From an uncultured Gemmatimonadales bacterium (GTDB lineage: Bacteria; Gemmatimonadota; Gemmatimonadetes; Gemmatimonadales; Gemmatimonadaceae), in the NCBI GenBank assembly GCA_963707505.1, contig CAVPQB010000001.1, forward strand, positions 147,222 through 211,221: a stretch of 64,000 nucleotides of DNA, given 5' to 3'. The position numbers and the translations under genes are program-made. The notes under the pieces were generated by a model. It worked only from the letters and a program-made list of their open reading frames with translations, ran no database searches and had not been told where the DNA came from. This document shows, piece after piece, positions 59,399-64,000 of the stretch (position 1 is its first letter; each line of letters starts with the position of its first letter).

Positions 59399-60426
59399 CA
59401 CGCGCAACCTATAGATCCATTTCGCTGTATGCTCCCAATCGCGCGCCGGCAGCTATCGATCTCAGCGACAATACCAACCTCTGGGGTGTTCCTCCGGCTG
59501 CTCTACGTGCGATTGCGGATACCGCGTCGGGCACGATCACGCGTTATCCGGCGTTGTACGCGGCAGATGTGAAGCAGGCGATCGCAGATTATGCAGGGCT
59601 GTCGCCTGAAATGGTGGTAACGGGATGCGGCTCGGACGACGTGCTCGACTCTGCGATCCGCGCATTCGGCGAGCCGGGTGATGTTGTTGCTTATCCCGAT
59701 CCATCGTTCGCGATGATTCCGATCTTCGCTCAGATGAACGGCCTTGTCGGCACACCGATTCCGCTCACGGCGCAGAACGATGCGAACGTCGAGCAATACA
59801 TCGAGACAAATGCGACCATCAGTTATCTGTGCTCACCGAACAATCCTACCGGCGCGTCGTTCTCGCGCGACGCGATCGAACGCGTCGCGTCGGGTGTGAC
59901 TGGTATCGTGATCATCGATGAAGCATACGCTGAGTTCGCGGGATGGAACTGTCTGGAATTGCTGGCCCGATTTCCCCGTGTCGTGATCACGCGCACGTTA
60001 TCCAAGGCGTTCGGCCTGGCCGGCCTGCGGGTTGGTTATGCACTGGGTGACCCGGCACTCGTCGCGGAGATAGAAAAATCGCGTGGACCGTACAAGGTGA
60101 ACGCGATCGCTCAACGTGCAGCAGTTGCAGCTCTCACTGTAGATCGTGGCTGGGTCGATCGCCACATTCGGGATGCCATTGCCAATCGCGACCGATTGCG
60201 AGAATCGCTCATGGCGATTGGATTCGAGCCATTGCCAAGTGACAGCAACTTCGTGCTGGTCCCTGTGAAGAACGCATCGGAGCTCGATCGGCAGCTGCGT
60301 GCGCGCGGCATCGCCGTCCGGCCATTCGTTGCGCTACCGAACATCGGGGACGCCTTGCGCATATCGGTTGGGCCATGGCACTTGCTGGAAGAATGCGTTG
60401 CCGCATTGCGGGAGTGCGCTGAATGA
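59395..60426 (+). CDS. hisC: Histidinol-phosphate aminotransferase
   Basis: GSDD, SPNNPTG, DEAYAEF, RTLSKAFGLAGLRVG. Confidence 0.95.
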   Translation: MTRATYRSISLYAPNRAPAAIDLSDNTNLWGVPPAALRAIADTASGTITRYPALYAADVKQAIADYAGLSPEMVVTGCGSDDVLDSAIRAFGEPGDVVAYPDPSFAMIPIFAQMNGLVGTPIPLTAQNDANVEQYIETNATISYLCSPNNPTGASFSRDAIERVASGVTGIVIIDEAYAEFAGWNCLELLARFPRVVITRTLSKAFGLAGLRVGYALGDPALVAEIEKSRGPYKVNAIAQRAAVAALTVDRGWVDRHIRDAIANRDRLRESLMAIGFEPLPSDSNFVLVPVKNASELDRQLRARGIAVRPFVALPNIGDALRISVGPWHLLEECVAALRECAE

Positions 60427-61019
60427 ACGGGAAAACAATCATCACAGTCTTCGACTACGGCGCCGGCAACATGCATTCTCTGCTGAAGGCTCTCGATATT
60501 GGGGGCGAGGTCGACGTGCGCTTGCAGACCGACCCCGAGGCCGCGCTGAAAACGGACGCTCTGGTTCTGCCCGGGGTGGGGGCCTTCAGCAATGCGGCTG
60601 GCCGGCTGGCAGGCGGCGCTCCTGCGATGCGCGATGCAATCCTCGACGGTTTGCCGACTCTCTGCATCTGTCTCGGCATGCAACTACTCTTCGACGACAG
60701 CGAGGAGGGGCCGGGCACAGGACTCGGCGTCATACCAGGTCACGTGCGCAGGCTCAGAGCGAAGAGGGTTCCGCAGATCGGATGGAATGAAGTCGAGTCG
60801 CTCGATGAAGCGCTGCCGGAGGTTGCATATTTCGCGAACAGCTATGTATGCGAACCGGATGATGACGCCTGTATCACGGCATATACGACCCATGAGCGCG
60901 ACCGCTTCGCGTCAGTCGTGACTGTGGCCAACACTGTCGGAGTGCAGTTCCATCCCGAGAAGAGCTCCCGGGCGGGAGTCAGCTTCGTGCGAGGCTTCGT
61001 CAACGGAGTGATTCGATGA
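60423..61019 (+). CDS. hisH: IGP synthase glutaminase subunit
   Basis: DYGAGN, LPGVGAF, ICLGMQ, QFHPEKS. Confidence 0.95.
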   Translation: MNGKTIITVFDYGAGNMHSLLKALDIGGEVDVRLQTDPEAALKTDALVLPGVGAFSNAAGRLAGGAPAMRDAILDGLPTLCICLGMQLLFDDSEEGPGTGLGVIPGHVRRLRAKRVPQIGWNEVESLDEALPEVAYFANSYVCEPDDDACITAYTTHERDRFASVVTVANTVGVQFHPEKSSRAGVSFVRGFVNGVIR

Positions 61020-61729
61020 TCGCAATACCAGCGATAGACATTCGCGAGGGAGCGTGCGTTCAGCTCGTTGGCGGATCGTATGACGCCGAGCAGGTGAGAC
61101 TGGATGACCCTCCCGGTGTCGCTCACAAGTGGGAGTTTGCGGGCTTTCGCCGTCTGCATGTCGTCGACCTCGACGCGGCGACCGGACGCGGGAACAATGC
61201 GGAGATGATCCGCGAGGTGTTGCGCGCAACTTCAATGGAAGCACAGGTGGGCGGCGGCGTACGCGATGAAGAGCGAATCGAGTCGCTGCTTCGCGATGGT
61301 GCGCAACGCGTAGTTCTTGGCACGAAGGCTGTCGAGAGCGCCAACTGGCTCGGTGACATGGCGGAAGCATTTCCGGGGACGTTGATCGTGGCCGCCGATG
61401 TGCGCGACCGGCATGTCGTCACGCGAGGCTGGACGCGTACATCGGACCGTTACGTGCTCGACTGATTGATGAGCTCAACGCGCTTCCGCTGGCCGGTGTA
61501 ATGGTCACGGCCGTGCACAAGGAAGGGTCTCATGGAAGGAACCGATCTCTCTCTCATGGAAGACGTGGTGGAGGAGAGCGAGCATCCCGTGTGTGCCAGC
61601 GGCGGTATAGGCACCATCGGTGATCTACGTGCACTGGAGGACCGGGGAGTGGCATCGGTTGTCATAGGGATGGCGCTCTATACGGGCGCTATCGATCCGG
61701 GAGTCATTGCTGAGGAGTTTGCGGAATGA
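61016..61729 (+). CDS. hisA: ProFAR isomerase with two compensating frameshifts (near 61462 and 61528)
   Basis: IPAIDI, LHVVDLD, QVGGGVR; a shifted frame bridges IDELNALPLAGVMVTAVHKEG; ASGG; GMALY. Confidence 0.9.
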
Positions 61730-62277
61730 ATGAAAGAACAATTGTGGAGCGCAAGACGCGAGAGACCCAGATCCGGCTGGAGGTCCAACGCGGAGAAGGG
61801 AAGGGTGACATTGCGACTGGTGTCCCGTTTCTGGATCACATGATGGTTACGTTCGCACGCTACTCCGGCCTCGACGTGACCTTGCGCGCGACTGGCGACT
61901 TGAGACATCACACGATCGAGGATGTGGCAATCGCCATGGGCTCGGCGATCGCTGACATCATCAGTCCATCGGCGGCACGCTATGGCGATTGTACCGTTCC
62001 GATGGATGAGGCGTTGGTTCAGGCGTGTGTCGACATGGGTGGCCGGCCGTATTATCGCGGACCGGTGCCGAGTGGTCTGTACGATCACTGGATGCGCTCA
62101 TTCGCGGACAATGCGAAGGCGACGATTCATGTTCGTGTCCTTCGCGGTGTTGACCGACACCACATTGTAGAGGCTGCGTTCAAGGCTCTTGGGTTGGCGA
62201 TTCGCAAGGCGATGGTCGATACTGGTGCCGGTGCCGTATTCAGCACCAAGGGTTCCGTTTCGCTGGACGTAAAGTGA
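61726..62277 (+). CDS. hisB: Imidazoleglycerol-phosphate dehydratase (monofunctional)
   Basis: [36 protein letters not shown]. Confidence 0.93.
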   Translation: MNERTIVERKTRETQIRLEVQRGEGKGDIATGVPFLDHMMVTFARYSGLDVTLRATGDLRHHTIEDVAIAMGSAIADIISPSAARYGDCTVPMDEALVQACVDMGGRPYYRGPVPSGLYDHWMRSFADNAKATIHVRVLRGVDRHHIVEAAFKALGLAIRKAMVDTGAGAVFSTKGSVSLDVK

Positions 62278-63040
62278 CGCTCACACGCAGACTGATCGTG
62301 TGTCTCGATGTCAGGGATGGCCGGGTGGTGAAGGGAACGCGTTTTGTGAATCTTCGCGACGTTGGCGATCCTGTGGGGTTGGCTGCGCGATACGAAGCGG
62401 AAGGCGCCGATGAGATAGTCTTTCTGGACATCTCTGCGAGTGTCGAAGGACGTGGTACACTGTTGGATGTGGCGCGACGAACCGCCGAGAAGCTGTTCAT
62501 TCCGCTCACAATCGGTGGTGGAGTGCGAAGCGCGGCTGACGTGGCTCAGGTGCTGCGCGCGGGCGCGGACAAGGTCGCGATCAACTCTGCTGCCGTACGA
62601 AATCCCGAAGTGCTGAGCGAGGCGTCGGCGATGTTTGGCGCGCAATGTGTCGTGTCCAGCATCGACGCCAGGATGATTGACGGATCGTGGCGCGTAGTCA
62701 CCCATGGCGGACGCACGGCAACCGGACTTGACGCCGTTCGAGTGGGCGCGCGAGTGCGAGAGGCTCGGTGCAGGGGAGATCCTTCTGACGAGCATCGATC
62801 GTGACGGATCTCGCGATGGATACGATATCGAATTGACCTGCGCTGTTGCGGACGCGGTGAGTGTTCCCGTGATCGCGTCCGGTGGGGCGGGATCCGCGCA
62901 TGACGTGGTCGTCTGTCATTCAATCGGGGCACGCGGACGCCGCGCTGGTTGCCGGTATTCTGCACGATGGTACGACGACCGTATCCGAGCTCAAGACATA
63001 CATGAGAGAGTCACTGTTGCCTGTGAGAAATGCCGCGTGA
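62274..63040 (+). CDS. hisF: IGP synthase cyclase subunit, frameshifts near 62739 and 62913
   Basis: [19 protein letters not shown]; then [19 protein letters not shown]; then [11 protein letters not shown] in a third frame. Confidence 0.9.
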
Positions 63041-63804
63041 GCGAATCGTATCTTGATGCCGTTACCGACCTTGCGCGCATTGCGGGCGACTTTGCGATGT
63101 CGCACTACGGCCAGATACTCACTGTCGATGTCAAGCACGATGGTTCTCCCGTGACGATCGCGGATCGCGGAGCGGAGGAGCGCGCCGAGCGTGGATCGAG
63201 AAGCGGTTTCCCGAAGACGGAATTCTGGGCGAGGAGTTCGGTGACGTGCGTCCAAATGCGCGGAGACGCTGGATTCTCGATCCGATCGACGGAACCAAGA
63301 GCTTCATCAGAAGAGTTCCGCTGTGGGGAACGCTCGTCGCCGTTACCGAAGGAGAGTCAGTGCTCGCGGGATGCGCTTATTTTCCGGCGGTCGCCGAGAT
63401 TGTTGCTGCGGCGACGGGGGAAGGGTGTTTCTGGAACGGCACTGCGCTGCAGCGTCTCGTCAACCGCGACGATTGCAGAGTCGACCATCGTGATAACCGA
63501 CGACCGGTTCGAAGGACGTCCTGAGCGTGCGACAGCGTGGCGGCGACTCGCATCGCAGGCCAGCGTATCGCGCACCTGGGGCGATTGTTACGGATATCTT
63601 CTGCTCGCTACAGGACGTGCTGATGTCATGGTCGATGACGTCGTCGCACCATGGGATTCGGCTGCACTATATCCAATAGTGACCGAGGCCGGCGGCTCGT
63701 TCACCGATTGGAGTGGCAACGCTACAGCATTCGGCGGTGACATCATCGCTACCAACGCAGCTTTGGCCGGACCTGTGCGTGACATTCTGGTTGAGGCATC
63801 ATGA
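63037..63804 (+). CDS. hisN: Histidinol-phosphatase, inositol monophosphatase family; frameshifts near 63186 and 63444
   Basis: [42 protein letters not shown]...EAGG. Confidence 0.85.
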   Translation: MSESYLDAVTDLARIAGDFAMSHYGQILTVDVKHDGSPVTIADRGAEERAERGSRSGFPKTEFWARSSVTCVQMRGDAGFSIRSTEPRASSEEFRCGERSSPLPKESQCSRDALIFRRSPRLLLRRRGKGVSGTALRCSVSSTATIAESTIVITDDRFEGRPERATAWRRLASQASVSRTWGDCYGYLLLATGRADVMVDDVVAPWDSAALYPIVTEAGGSFTDWSGNATAFGGDIIATNAALAGPVRDILVEAS

Positions 63805-64000
63805 CAGTCAGACGATCTGGATTTCGACAAGGGCGGTGGCCTCGTCACGGTTGTCACGCAGGATGCGGTGACCGGTGCGGTGCTGATGGTCGCGCACATG
63901 GATCGCGAAGCATTTGAAAAGACGGTCGCGACAGGTGAGATGTACTATCGGTCGCGGTCGCGCGGGCTCTGGCACAAGGGAGCGACGAGCGGAAACGTGC
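63801..64000 (+). CDS. hisI: Phosphoribosyl-AMP cyclohydrolase (possibly HisIE), truncated by the window edge; frameshift near 63810
   Basis: [39 protein letters not shown]. Confidence 0.88.

Noticed and set aside
62704..63804. Apparent HisF-HisN fusion (366-aa ORF)
   Set aside because: It is a mosaic of frameshifted segments; hisF ends at 63040 and hisN starts at GTG 63037.
57900..64000. Shift from C-rich to G-rich plus strand suggesting a replication origin
   Set aside because: Judged by eye on sample lines only. Similar G-rich stretches occur in other plus-strand genes (about 46.7 kb), and I saw no dnaA or DnaA-box cluster. A cumulative skew plot would be needed.

Overview
GC-rich bacterial chromosomal segment. 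Gene content and protein styles suggest Gemmatimonadota, but this is inference and not proven. It is densely coding, with about 63 CDS. Contents: secreted peptidases and hydrolases (two M1, M3/Dcp, two serine hydrolases, CocE/NonD, GH127, VPS10/BNR); a mycobacterial Sdh1-like succinate dehydrogenase operon with an extra TPR-like gene; DUF305 plus LVIVD; a BNR beta-propeller plus MoaD/ThiS pair; bactofilin plus a Zn-ribbon protein; BlaI plus M56; argR/argGH with tandem ARG boxes; crcB-DUF190; two paralogous outer-membrane beta-barrels divergent from a MerR-like/AT-hook protein with twin operators; csp; ispG; a degenerate Wzc-like protein; a cupredoxin; and a his operon (hisG-D-C-H-A-B-F-N-I). 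I found no rRNA, tRNA, CRISPR, transposase, integrase or phage genes. Signals absent from the ORF track: a His-rich, apparently leaderless leader peptide with a terminator/antiterminator attenuator before hisG, a 44-aa membrane microprotein, a DoxX-like remnant, CGTC-type REP repeats and several operator palindromes. At least 10 single-base frameshifts, 7 of them in 61.4-63.8 kb, look like assembly errors rather than pseudogenes.
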